A stretch of DNA of 64,000 nucleotides from an uncultured Pseudomonadota bacterium (GTDB lineage: Bacteria; Pseudomonadota; Alphaproteobacteria; RF32; CAG-239), in NCBI GenBank assembly GCA_902763905.1, contig CACWUA010000005.1:7373-71372 (forward strand), read 5' to 3'. The translations under genes were made by a program, and so were the position numbers. Below the pieces are notes generated by a model. That model ran no database searches. It was not told where the DNA came from and worked only from the letters and a program-made list of their open reading frames with translations. Of this stretch, positions 17,471 through 26,894 are shown in pieces (within the stretch, counting starts at the first letter, position 1; each line of letters begins with the position of its first letter).

Positions 17471-18499
17471 ATGGCTAAAAATAATAATCCTTGGGATAAT
17501 GATAACGATGTGTCTGATGTATGGAGCGAAGCTTCAGACAATCGTTCGGCTCGCAAATTCAGAGTATTGACCAATAAACCTCAAGACGGTTGGGGAGGCT
17601 ATGCCAAATATGCAATTTTGCTGTTTGCAGTGCTGTGGATATGCAGCGGCTTTTATCAGGTTCAGCCGAGCGAGGCCGGTGTGGTGTTGCGCTTTGGTAA
17701 ATATGTTGATACAACAGAGGCCGGTTTGCATTACCATTTGCCGTCTCCGATAGAAGATGTGATAAAAGTTAATGTAACGCAGGAACGCAGTATTAACCTC
17801 GGCACCGGAGATGCCCGTGATTATCGCAATAACGCATTTACTGAAAGTCATATGCTGACCGGTGACGAAAATATCGTTGATATAAATTTGACGGTAGTGT
17901 GGAAAATTAAAGATGCCAAGGATTATCTGTTCAGCATTCGTGATCCGGATGAGACAGTCAGTGTTGCCGCACAGTCTGTATTACGGGAAATCGTTGGACA
18001 GTCGGAAATGCAGCCGATCATTACCGGAGATCGTGGCAAAGTTGAAGATGATACCAAAGAAGAGCTGCAACGCGTGTTGGATGAGTTCGAGTCCGGTATT
18101 TCCATTGTACGCGTAAAGTTGCAGAAAGCTGATCCGCCGAGAGAAGTGGTTGATGCCTTTAATGAAGTGCAACGAGCTAAAGCGGATATGGAACGTTTTA
18201 AAAATGAAGCGGAAGCTTATCGTAATGAAGTTTTACCAAAGGCACGCGGCCATGCGGCACAAATCACTCAAGATGCAGAAGCTTATAAAGCTGCAGTTAT
18301 AAACAAGGCCGAGGGCGAGGCAAAACGTTTTGCTTCAGTTTATGCCGCATACAAAGACGGCAAAGAAGTAACTGTTAAAAAAATGTATTTGGATGCGATT
18401 GAAGATGTGTTGTCTAAAGCAAATAAAGTGATTATAGATCCGTCGCAAAAGGGTAATTTGCTGCCGGTGTTGTCATTGAACTCAAAAAAGGAGCAATAA
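17471..18499 (+). CDS. hflK: FtsH protease modulator HflK
   Basis: RBS AAGGAAAG before ATG 17471. One TM helix followed by an SPFH/band-7 domain. Immediately followed by hflC. Confidence 0.85.
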   Translation: MAKNNNPWDNDNDVSDVWSEASDNRSARKFRVLTNKPQDGWGGYAKYAILLFAVLWICSGFYQVQPSEAGVVLRFGKYVDTTEAGLHYHLPSPIEDVIKVNVTQERSINLGTGDARDYRNNAFTESHMLTGDENIVDINLTVVWKIKDAKDYLFSIRDPDETVSVAAQSVLREIVGQSEMQPIITGDRGKVEDDTKEELQRVLDEFESGISIVRVKLQKADPPREVVDAFNEVQRAKADMERFKNEAEAYRNEVLPKARGHAAQITQDAEAYKAAVINKAEGEAKRFASVYAAYKDGKEVTVKKMYLDAIEDVLSKANKVIIDPSQKGNLLPVLSLNSKKEQ

Positions 18500-18500
18500 A

Positions 18501-19370
18501 ATGAACAGAATAGGTGTTTGGCATATACTGGGTGTGGTTGGAGTTGCAGTTTTAATTGTGGTTATGAGTGCAACCTATATTGTTTATCAATCAGAACAGG
18601 CGATAGTTCTGCAGTTTGGCGAGCCGATTCGTGTGGTAAATGAACCTGGGTTGAAGTTTAAGGTGCCGTTTGTACAAAATGTGGTGTTTTACGATGCACG
18701 GTTGCTGAATTTGGATCCTCCGGCACAAGAAGTCGTTTTGAATGATAAGAAACGCTTGGATGTTGATAGTTTTACCCGTTATAAAATTATCGACCCTCTT
18801 AAATTTTATCAGACGGTGCGTACCGAAAATCAGGCGCGCAGTAAATTGGCGGAAATCGTTAATTCGTCGTTGCGTAAAGTTTTGGGACGCATAACCTTAA
18901 CCGAACTTTTGTCGGAAAAACGTACGCAAATTATGAGCGATATCAGCAATACGGTTAAAAAAGATGCCGAAGCAATAGGTGTCAGTGTGGCAGATGTACG
19001 AATACGCCGCGCCGATTTGCCCCGTGAAGTTATGCAGGCTATTAATGATCGGATGAAAACAGAACGGCAACGTGATGCCAAAGAATTTCGTGCCAAAGGT
19101 CAGCAAGAGGCGCAAAATATTCGCGCAACTGCAGATAAAGAAGCAACAATCATAATTGCCGAAGCGGAGAAAAATGCACAGATAACCCGTGGTGAAGGAG
19201 ATAAAGAGGCGGTTCGGCTGTGGAATAAGACAGTCGGGCAAGATGTTGAATTCTATGATTTTTATCGTTCATTGGATGCCTATCGCAAATCGCTTTCCGA
19301 TAATGAGACTTCACTGGTGCTATCTCCGGATTCGGATTTCTTTAAGTTTTTCAATAAGGGCATGAATTAA
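18501..19370 (+). CDS. hflC: FtsH protease modulator HflC
   Basis: N-terminal TM helix plus SPFH domain. Starts 1 nt after the hflK stop. Confidence 0.85.
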   Translation: MNRIGVWHILGVVGVAVLIVVMSATYIVYQSEQAIVLQFGEPIRVVNEPGLKFKVPFVQNVVFYDARLLNLDPPAQEVVLNDKKRLDVDSFTRYKIIDPLKFYQTVRTENQARSKLAEIVNSSLRKVLGRITLTELLSEKRTQIMSDISNTVKKDAEAIGVSVADVRIRRADLPREVMQAINDRMKTERQRDAKEFRAKGQQEAQNIRATADKEATIIIAEAEKNAQITRGEGDKEAVRLWNKTVGQDVEFYDFYRSLDAYRKSLSDNETSLVLSPDSDFFKFFNKGMN

Positions 19371-19381
19371 CGGAACGATTG

Positions 19382-20695
19382 ATGAAAAAACTTTGCGGAC
19401 ATATTTTATGCTTTTGCTGCGTATGTGGCTTTTCATACGCAGATGAGCGGCAACTGGAAGATGTAATTGAAGATGTAAATTCGGCAGTTGTCAGTATTGT
19501 GGCAGAAAGTGCAGATGCAGAAGCTCTCGGTGCCGGTATGGTCATTGACGCCGAAGGTTATGTTGTAACCAACGCTCATGTAACCGACGGAGCCGATAAA
19601 ATTACACTAACCACGGTTGATGATGATGCCTACGAAGCTGAAATTGTAGGTTCTGACAGCAAAACGGATATAGCTTTACTTAAGACAGTTCGTCCGTTGG
19701 AAACAGGTGTGGCGCATTTTGCCGACTCGGATGAAATACGCGTGGGTAATCAGGTGTTTGCCATCGGTAATCCGTTTGGTTTGGGAAACAGTGTTTCTTT
19801 GGGAATTATTTCGGCCAAGGAACGTGATATAGAAAAAGGTCCGTATGATAACTTTATTCAAACCGATGCCGCAATTAATCAGGGGAATTCAGGTGGGCCT
19901 TTATTCAACATGAACGGAGAAATTATCGGCATGAACACGGCTATTTTTTCAAATGACGGAAATGATGCCGGTGTCGGTTTTGCCGTTCCGGCAAATATGG
20001 TGCGTTGGGTTGCAAATCAGCTTAAGCAAAACGGCAAAGTTGAACGAGGGTGGCTCGGTATCGGAGTGCAAAAAATCAGAAGTACCGATATTACGCAGAA
20101 AAATAAGTTGGTCGTAGCATCAATGGCGGAAAATTCTCCTGCCGCTGCTGCCGGAATAAAGGTAGGAGACGTACTGGAAGATGCCGGCGGATTATCTTTG
20201 AAATCGCCGCGCCAGTTTTCGCTTGAAGTGGCGCAGACGGCTCCGGGGACGGTATTGCCGATTATTGTTTTGCGAGACGGGCAAATGTCTGATTTGGAAA
20301 TAACCGTTGAATCGATGCCGATTGAAGTAATGCCGGCATTGCAAACGAATGATAAAACAGCAAAAACACCAAAGCTGAAGAATAATATTTCAGAAGCAAC
20401 AGAAGCCGCTCCGGCTGCAAATTTTCCTGAATTGGGGATAAAAGCAGTATTCGACGATGTTAATCAAGAATTTTTGATTGTGGACATTGCCGAAGATTCA
20501 GACGCGGAAGCTAAAGGAATAAATGTCGGCGACCGTTTCAAAACAGTGAATGACCGCAAAGTTTTCGGGGTTGAAGATTTGCGCGTCAGAATTAAAGAAT
20601 CAATGTCGAGGGGGCAGATATCTCTGCAGTTTGTAGGCGAAGATATGCTTGATGTTATCACATTGAAATTGAAGGAACAAAATGAGCCGAATTGA
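19382..20695 (+). CDS. periplasmic serine endoprotease, DegP/HtrA family
   Basis: Signal peptide present. Trypsin-like triad contexts TNAHV, DIALLK and GNSGGPLF. PDZ region(s) follow. Confidence 0.85.
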   Translation: MKKLCGHILCFCCVCGFSYADERQLEDVIEDVNSAVVSIVAESADAEALGAGMVIDAEGYVVTNAHVTDGADKITLTTVDDDAYEAEIVGSDSKTDIALLKTVRPLETGVAHFADSDEIRVGNQVFAIGNPFGLGNSVSLGIISAKERDIEKGPYDNFIQTDAAINQGNSGGPLFNMNGEIIGMNTAIFSNDGNDAGVGFAVPANMVRWVANQLKQNGKVERGWLGIGVQKIRSTDITQKNKLVVASMAENSPAAAAGIKVGDVLEDAGGLSLKSPRQFSLEVAQTAPGTVLPIIVLRDGQMSDLEITVESMPIEVMPALQTNDKTAKTPKLKNNISEATEAAPAANFPELGIKAVFDDVNQEFLIVDIAEDSDAEAKGINVGDRFKTVNDRKVFGVEDLRVRIKESMSRGQISLQFVGEDMLDVITLKLKEQNEPN

Positions 20696-21134
20696 CTTTT
20701 ATCATCTCAAAAAAAAGAGCTTGGAGGAAGTTTTGCCGATTTTGCTACAAAAGGCCTATACAAGCGGCAAACGCGTCCTGCTTAAGACAAATTCCGAAAC
20801 GGTTGAAACATTGAATACACTTTTATGGACATATAACGATGAAAGTTTTTTGCCTCACGCTTCCAAAAAAGACGGATTTGCTGAGGAACAACCGATTTTT
20901 ATCACGGATGATGACATTAATTTGAATTCTGCCGATTTTCTGTTTTTGGTAAACGGAAGTGAATGCGATTGTGCACAGGCAAGCTCTTTTGAACGAGTAT
21001 TCAATATTTTTGACGGAAACTCCGATCCGGCATTGAAGCAAGCACGCCGCTTATGGAAGAGCTTTAAGGATAGCAATTTTGAAGTAAATTATTGGCAGCA
21101 GAACGATAGCGGAAAATGGGAACAGAAAGCCTGA
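20682..21134 (+). CDS. holC: DNA polymerase III subunit chi
   Basis: 150 aa. IDFYHL start and LNTLLWTY...FLPH motif typical of chi. Overlaps the degP end by 14 nt. Confidence 0.75.
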   Translation: MSRIDFYHLKKKSLEEVLPILLQKAYTSGKRVLLKTNSETVETLNTLLWTYNDESFLPHASKKDGFAEEQPIFITDDDINLNSADFLFLVNGSECDCAQASSFERVFNIFDGNSDPALKQARRLWKSFKDSNFEVNYWQQNDSGKWEQKA

Positions 21135-21222
21135 AACAAAGGGCATAAATAATAAATAACTCTTGCGTATTTATGAAAAAAACGTATGATTCGTATAAAT
21201 ATAGGCTAACGGGAGAAAAAAT

Positions 21223-22188
21223 TTGACTGAAATTTCAGATTTACATGTGGCCAGACAGACCATAGACAGAGAAATTGAGGCATTGAAAGCAATGGAAAAC
21301 AGCTTAGACAATACATTTTGTCAAGCTCTCGATATGTTGCAAAAAACACATGGGCGCGTAATTGTTACCGGTATGGGAAAGTCTGGACATATCGGTAGTA
21401 AGATTGCTGCGACTATGGCTTCAACCGGCACTCCTTCGTTCTTTTTGCATCCGAGCGAAGCCAGTCACGGCGATTTGGGAATGGTAACCGCCGATGATAC
21501 AGTTATTGCTATATCAAACAGCGGTGAATCTAAGGAACTGCTGGATATTTTGACATATTGCCGTCGGTTTTCCATTCCGCTGATTGCCATAACTAAAAAT
21601 CCGGAAAGTTCCCTTGGTAAAAATAGTGATTTGATACTGCGCTTACCGGATAATCGTGAGGCTTGTCCTCTGGGATTGGCGCCGATGTCCTCAACCACGG
21701 CAACCTTGGTTATGGGTGATATTTTGGCGGCGGCGCTAATGGTACGCAAAGGCTTTACCGAACAAGATTTTCGTCTGCGCCATCCGGGTGGCAAATTAGG
21801 GGCAATTTTGCGCCATGTTTCGGATATTATGCATACCGGAGATGAAATGCCGCTTATCGGCGAAGATGCTATTATGCAGGATGCATTGATAAAAATGTCG
21901 GAAAAAATGCTCGGTTGTGTCGGTATTTTGAATAAAGACGGCGACCTAATCGGGGTGATTACCGATGGTGATTTACGGCGCTGGATGGCTCCGAATCTGA
22001 TTGAGGAAAAAGTTTCAAAAGTTATGACCAAGAACCCGCGTACTTGCTCGGCAGATATTCTTATTGCCGAAGCTGTCAATATAATGAACAATACCGGCCG
22101 CGGAATTACCAATATGTTTGTGGTAGACGGCAAGAAACCGATAGGTATTGTGCATATCCACGATTGCTTAAGAGCCGGAGTAAGTTGA
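21223..22188 (+). CDS. kdsD: arabinose-5-phosphate isomerase (KdsD/KpsF family, SIS + tandem CBS)
   Basis: VTGMGKSGHIGSKIAATMASTGTPSFFLHPSEASHGDLGM, followed by CBS pairs. TTG start. Confidence 0.85.
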   Translation: MTEISDLHVARQTIDREIEALKAMENSLDNTFCQALDMLQKTHGRVIVTGMGKSGHIGSKIAATMASTGTPSFFLHPSEASHGDLGMVTADDTVIAISNSGESKELLDILTYCRRFSIPLIAITKNPESSLGKNSDLILRLPDNREACPLGLAPMSSTTATLVMGDILAAALMVRKGFTEQDFRLRHPGGKLGAILRHVSDIMHTGDEMPLIGEDAIMQDALIKMSEKMLGCVGILNKDGDLIGVITDGDLRRWMAPNLIEEKVSKVMTKNPRTCSADILIAEAVNIMNNTGRGITNMFVVDGKKPIGIVHIHDCLRAGVS

Positions 22189-22191
22189 TAT

Positions 22192-23295
22192 ATGATTGAT
22201 GCCGATAAACTGGATTCATATTTTGAAAATAACCGTACGTTCGGATTCGAGCGCTCTGACGTTCGTCGGCATACAACTGATTGGCGCCGTTTGTTCAAAA
22301 TATTATTACCGTGTTTGGCTGCCGGTCTGCTCGGATTGGTGATAATTATCCCAAATATCAGGAAAAATGTTGACTTAAGCGATAATATTACTTTGCCGCG
22401 CAAAAACGAGATGGAAAAGCTGCATATTGAGCAAACCGTGTTTAATACCGTGGATAGTAAAAACCGCGTCAATAAAATCGTGGCGGACAGTGTTGATGAG
22501 GTTGATGCCGGTTCGCAGGTTTATGAAATTATGCACCCGAAAGCGGTTTTGCCGACAGATCGAGGGCAAACAGTCATTACCTCACAGAAGGGATATTTTA
22601 ATCAAAATAAAAATATTTTGGAGCTGGAAACCGAAGTTAAAGCAGTAATTGATGATGATACCGAAGTTACCACTTCTAAAGCGACTTATGACTTCAACTC
22701 TGAAAAAGGCTGGGGAAAAGAACATGTCAAGGCTGTCGGAAACTGGGGTAATATGCTGGCAGAGGGATTTAGTTATGATAAATCGGCGCAGATATTGGTA
22801 CTTAAGGGTAACAACAGCATAAACACTTCCGGAGGAGTGCTTGTCGCTGAAAAGGAGACTCGTATTTATCAGCAGAAAAATAAAAGTGTATCAGTGGGTA
22901 ATGCGGTCATCACTCAAGACGACAACAAACTTTATGCCGAAGAAGTGGTCGGTTGGTTTACCCAAAGTTCAAAAAAAGAATTGGAGCGGGCTGAGGCTTA
23001 TCGCAATGTGAGGATGATAACTCCTAAAGAAATCATCACAGGCGGCGAGGCATATTATGACGCAAAGACCGGTAAGATAGATATTTATGGCGCCGGTCGC
23101 CAACGCAGTATTGCCGGAAAATATGTTAATATTATTCAAGGGCAGAATAAGTTGCGCGCACTCACGGTAACGGCAGCACTGATGGCAGAAGAGAACTGCA
23201 AAAGGCGGTTGCAATCGGTGATGTGCTTATCAAAACTCCTGATGAAAGTATTGCCGGTGCCAGAGGTGTTTATGAAGTTAAGACGGGTAAAATAA
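22192..23295 (+). CDS. lptC: LptC-like membrane-anchored protein continuing without a stop into LptA/OstA-like repeats (ORF as it stands; its last ~45 codons look out of frame)
   Basis: N-terminal TM anchor (LLPCLAAGLLGLVIII) and a beta-jellyroll-like LptC region. OstA-like repeats follow from about residue 215. After about nt 23160 the translation becomes implausible. Confidence 0.6.
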   Translation: MIDADKLDSYFENNRTFGFERSDVRRHTTDWRRLFKILLPCLAAGLLGLVIIIPNIRKNVDLSDNITLPRKNEMEKLHIEQTVFNTVDSKNRVNKIVADSVDEVDAGSQVYEIMHPKAVLPTDRGQTVITSQKGYFNQNKNILELETEVKAVIDDDTEVTTSKATYDFNSEKGWGKEHVKAVGNWGNMLAEGFSYDKSAQILVLKGNNSINTSGGVLVAEKETRIYQQKNKSVSVGNAVITQDDNKLYAEEVVGWFTQSSKKELERAEAYRNVRMITPKEIITGGEAYYDAKTGKIDIYGAGRQRSIAGKYVNIIQGQNKLRALTVTAALMAEENCKRRLQSVMCLSKLLMKVLPVPEVFMKLRRVK

Positions 23296-23642
23296 CGGTT
23301 TGGGGCGGTAAGCGTCCGGTCGTTATCAAAAAAGAAGAAAATGTTTTATACGCGCAAAAGGTAGAAGCATTTTTGGAAGGGGGGCGCAATTTAAAATATG
23401 CCGTAGCAACCGGCGAAGTCGAGATTGTTACTCCTAAAGGTTCTGCTTGGGGAGAACGCGGAATCTACAGTCCTACAGAAAATAAAATCGAATTGTTTGA
23501 AAATGTGCGTTTGGAACAAAACGGTAATTTTATTGCCGGAGCTCATGCGATAACCGATTTAGAGACCTCTGTCAGTCGTATTTCCGGCGACGAAACCACC
23601 GGCGGCAGGATACGCGGCACATTCTATAAGAAAAGGAAATAA
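23151..23642 (+). pseudogene. lptA: LptA (OstA_N)-like 3' segment in a different frame with no start or signal peptide; frameshifted continuation of the upstream ORF
   Basis: This frame reads ...GSTDGRRELQKAVAIGDVLIKTPDESIAGARGVYEVKTGKITVWGG...ATGEVEIVTPKGSAWGERGIYSPTENKIELFENVRLEQNGNFIAGAHAI, which is typical LptA repeat logic. It is open only from 23151 and overlaps the upstream ORF out of frame. Confidence 0.5.
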
Positions 23643-23646
23643 AACG

Positions 23647-24393
23647 ATGGCCATAAAACAGAAAAATGATAAAGATATTTTGGAGGTTTTTAATATCGGT
23701 AAAAAATATAAAAAACGCTCGGTGTTGCGCAATGTTTCTTTGCATGTGAAAAAAGGCGAAGCCGTGGGTTTGCTGGGGCCTAACGGTGCCGGTAAAACAA
23801 CTTGTTTTTATTGCATAACCGGTCTGATAACTCCGGATTACGGCGATATATACATAAACGGCGAAGATATTACCAATATGCCGATGTATAAGCGCGCCAA
23901 AATGGGAATCGGTTATTTGCCCCAAGAAGCGTCTATTTTCAGAACACTGAGCGTGGAAGACAATATAAAAGCAATTTTGCAAGTCGTGGAAGAAGATGAA
24001 GGCAAACGGGAGACAACGCTTGATGAATTGCTTAATGAATTTTCGATTGCCCACCTGCGTAAATCTCCGGCATTGGCACTTTCCGGCGGTGAACGTCGTC
24101 GTTTGGAGATTGCACGTGCGCTTGCCAGCAGACCATCGTTTATATTGTTGGATGAGCCGCTGGCAGGCATTGATCCGATTGCCGTAAACGACATCCGCGG
24201 CCTGGTATCGCAGCTTAAAAACCGCGGCTTGGGTGTGTTGATTACCGACCACAACGTGCGTGAAACTCTGGATATAATCGACAGAGCTTATATTTTGCAC
24301 AGCGGCTCGGTTCTGATGGAAGGCACACCGGACGAGATTGTTAAAAACGAAGAAGTGCGCAAAGTTTATCTGGGAGATAATTTCTCTCTATAA
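23647..24393 (+). CDS. lptB: LPS export ABC transporter ATP-binding protein LptB
   Basis: Walker A GPNGAGKTT, signature LSGGERRRLEIARAL, Walker B ILLDEPLAGIDP. Positioned after lptC/A. Confidence 0.9.
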   Translation: MAIKQKNDKDILEVFNIGKKYKKRSVLRNVSLHVKKGEAVGLLGPNGAGKTTCFYCITGLITPDYGDIYINGEDITNMPMYKRAKMGIGYLPQEASIFRTLSVEDNIKAILQVVEEDEGKRETTLDELLNEFSIAHLRKSPALALSGGERRRLEIARALASRPSFILLDEPLAGIDPIAVNDIRGLVSQLKNRGLGVLITDHNVRETLDIIDRAYILHSGSVLMEGTPDEIVKNEEVRKVYLGDNFSL

Positions 24394-24518
24394 ACATACC
24401 TTTCACCATATTTTGAGAAAGTTATAAAAATAAAAAAATAGTAAAAACTCTTAACAAAAATGCGGAAAAATTGAAAGTGTAAAAAGCTTGGAATCAATTT
24501 ATATAAAGGAGCAAGGTA

Positions 24519-25514
24519 ATGGAAAAAGATCAACTGAAAGACGCAATGAAGAATGATGCTGTCAACGCGAAACAATATGCTGACGGTCATCATAGAAAAT
24601 CTGTAAATGTGCTTGCACGGCACAGAGATCCCGAGAGACTGCAAGTTAGAAATTTTAATAGCAAAATAAGTCGTATAGTAGGGACCCAACACTCTGGCGG
24701 CACCAGACGAACGAAAAAAATTGAATCATTGGGAGAAGCTCTTAATAGGGGTGGTCGGGACGCATGGGATGATGCTTATTTTTATGAGGATGATAAGGGT
24801 AATAAAGCGGTTGTTATCTGCAATGATATTACCAAAGAACCTTATGAAATAAGGATGCAGATTCCAAATGGCGGTAAAACTGATATATACATAGTTAATA
24901 CGACAACCTTAATGAATCATGATAACGTATCGGTAGATGAGGCCGGTAGTGTCATGTGGGCATTGGCTGGACAGTTGGAGAGCGGTGCTTCGATTGCTGA
25001 ACTTATGCAAGATTTCAAAAAATATCAACGGTCACCTTATCCACCGGAAATTGCGCGACAGGAAGAAGAACAACAGACAGATGATCGGCAGAAAACTGAC
25101 GACCGCGCCGACGCCGTTGAAGATGCCGTCGATGATGAGATGGAAACTCGGATAACGGAATCCTATGGTATTTCTTTTCAGTGTGCTAAGCAAAGTAAAG
25201 ATGTTTCAGAAATTGTAATGACTGCTATGCGTGATTATGAAAGCGGCAAAAGTTATACTTCCGATTATCATGAGTATATGAATATTGAAACAGTGATGGA
25301 AATGGGATATGATCGCGAAAATGCCCAAATAAAGTTGAACAAAGTGGCCGAACAGGTACTTGACGGCAGGCCTCTCAAAGAAATCTTTCTGGCCAATCGT
25401 CAATTTTTAACCAAACAATCTGCCGAAAAACTTAAGGCTGATATGGAAAAGAAAAATAAGCAGCAAAAACCAGATACATCACACATAATCAGAAGACGAG
25501 AAAATCAAAGGTGA
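24519..25514 (+). CDS. orphan hypothetical protein (331 aa) occupying the usual rpoN position
   Basis: RBS AAAGGAG before ATG 24519. Acidic central linker (EEEQQTDDRQKTDDRADAVEDAVDDE). No RpoN box or other recognisable motif. Confidence 0.55.
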   Translation: MEKDQLKDAMKNDAVNAKQYADGHHRKSVNVLARHRDPERLQVRNFNSKISRIVGTQHSGGTRRTKKIESLGEALNRGGRDAWDDAYFYEDDKGNKAVVICNDITKEPYEIRMQIPNGGKTDIYIVNTTTLMNHDNVSVDEAGSVMWALAGQLESGASIAELMQDFKKYQRSPYPPEIARQEEEQQTDDRQKTDDRADAVEDAVDDEMETRITESYGISFQCAKQSKDVSEIVMTAMRDYESGKSYTSDYHEYMNIETVMEMGYDRENAQIKLNKVAEQVLDGRPLKEIFLANRQFLTKQSAEKLKADMEKKNKQQKPDTSHIIRRRENQR

Positions 25515-25578
25515 TGAATATTTCCAAGAAGCAGCAGCTAAATGATTGATGCTTTTAACTAGAAGCAATGCAAAATCT

Positions 25579-25625
25579 GCAAACAGCGGGATTATCTGAA
25601 AAAATAAGATAATATCGCTGTTTGC
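25579..25625 (+). terminator. long stem-loop downstream of the orphan gene (possible terminator)
   Basis: GCAAACAGCGGGATTATC / GATAATATCGCTGTTTGC inverted repeat with an 11-nt loop. No clean T-run follows. Confidence 0.35.
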
Positions 25626-25779
25626 ACACAGTTTTCTCAATTTTGTTACCAAAATTTAATAGGTATAAAATTGTAATACTTTTTTTATCTATTTACTTTT
25701 GCTTAAAAGTTGTTATACTATAAAACAAAAAATTAACCAAGGCGATTTTGCCATAATAAATTAACAAATGAGGTATATT

Positions 25780-26340
25780 ATGAATATTACATTATCAGGA
25801 AAACAGGTTGATATCAGTGACAGACTGCGTAAGCACGTTGAAGAAGCATTGGAAAGTGCCGTTAACAAATACTTTAATGCGCCGATTGGCAGCAATGTGT
25901 ATTTTTCTATGGACGGCGAAGAGTTCCGTGCCGAAGTTACCGTGCATCCGGCTAAAAATATCGTGCTGAAAGGTACCGGTGTCGCTGCTGACCCGTATTC
26001 TGCATTTGATAACGCTAATACCCATATTGCTACCCGTCTGCGTCGTCAAAAGAATAAGCTGAATGACCACAAGGGTAAAACCGGTATCGTAGAAATGGCC
26101 CACGAAGCCGTATTCCCGTTGACTGAAACTGAAGACGAGATGAGTATTGATGAAAATGCACCGTTGACGATTGCCGAAACCGATGCCAACATCAAAGTAT
26201 GCACCGTAAGCGAAGCTGTTATGTATATGGATTTGGCTGACGAATGCGCCTTGATGTTCCGCAACAGCGCCAACAATCGTATCAGTATGGTATATCGCCG
26301 CAAAGACGGCAATATCGGTTGGGTTGAACCGGCAGAATAA
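25780..26340 (+). CDS. hpf: ribosome hibernation promoting factor (long HPF)
   Basis: GAGG precedes ATG 25780. MNITLSGKQVDISDRLRKHVEE N-terminal S30AE domain plus a C-terminal dimerisation domain (MFRNSANNRISMVYRRKDGNIGWVEP). Confidence 0.85.
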   Translation: MNITLSGKQVDISDRLRKHVEEALESAVNKYFNAPIGSNVYFSMDGEEFRAEVTVHPAKNIVLKGTGVAADPYSAFDNANTHIATRLRRQKNKLNDHKGKTGIVEMAHEAVFPLTETEDEMSIDENAPLTIAETDANIKVCTVSEAVMYMDLADECALMFRNSANNRISMVYRRKDGNIGWVEPAE

Positions 26341-26369
26341 TTGGTTTAAACTGTAAAAAGGTTGTTTCA

Positions 26370-26813
26370 ATGGGTATTTCTGATATTTTATCGGAAGATA
26401 TGATTTTGACGGAAGCTGCGGCTGACAGCAAGCGTCACTTGCTGGAACAGATAGCAGCATTTGTTGCCGAACGTGAAGGCTTGGATAAAAATGCAGTGTT
26501 TGAAGCGGTTCTGGAACGTGAGAATCTCGGGTCTACCGGCTATGGTAACGGTGTTGCTTTTCCACATGCGCGCCTTGAAGGATTAAACGGAGTGATTACG
26601 GTATTTGTCCGCTTATCGCAACCTATAGATTATGATTCGTTGGATCATAAACCGGTGGATATGGTGGCATTTATGATATCTCCGGAAAACAGCGGTGATG
26701 ACCATTTACGCACCTTGGCAATTTTTTCGCGAGTGTTGAAAGATGCCGATATCTGCAAAGCGATTCGCTCGGCTAAAAACGCCCACGAAATATATTCTGC
26801 TTTGCACAAATAA
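26370..26813 (+). CDS. ptsN: PTS IIA-Ntr regulatory protein PtsN
   Basis: EIIA-2 fold with the phospho-His context GYGNGVAFPHARL. Sits in the position after hpf, as in the E. coli rpoN operon. Confidence 0.85.
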   Translation: MGISDILSEDMILTEAAADSKRHLLEQIAAFVAEREGLDKNAVFEAVLERENLGSTGYGNGVAFPHARLEGLNGVITVFVRLSQPIDYDSLDHKPVDMVAFMISPENSGDDHLRTLAIFSRVLKDADICKAIRSAKNAHEIYSALHK

Positions 26814-26834
26814 AAAAATTATACTTTCAATAAG

Positions 26835-26861
26835 AGCCGGACATCAGTTCGGCTTTTTTTA
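26835..26861 (+). terminator. rho-independent terminator after ptsN
   Basis: Stem AGCCGGA/TTCGGCT with a CATCAG loop, followed by T7. Confidence 0.75.
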
Positions 26862-26894
26862 TTAGCTAAATTAAAGAAAAATGTTGCTTTCCAC

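Noticed and set aside
21465-22472. 335-aa ORF on the minus strand
   Set aside because: It lies entirely antisense to kdsD and lptC, which have clear family motifs. Its translation is low-complexity (S/I/P-rich) with no motif. This is a shadow ORF.
23572-24300. 242-aa minus-strand ORF, and the similar antisense ORFs 16376..16891, 48050..48697, 51462..51932 and 42631..43131
   Set aside because: They are antisense to lptB, apbC, ssb, groEL and nrdG respectively. None has an RBS or a motif.
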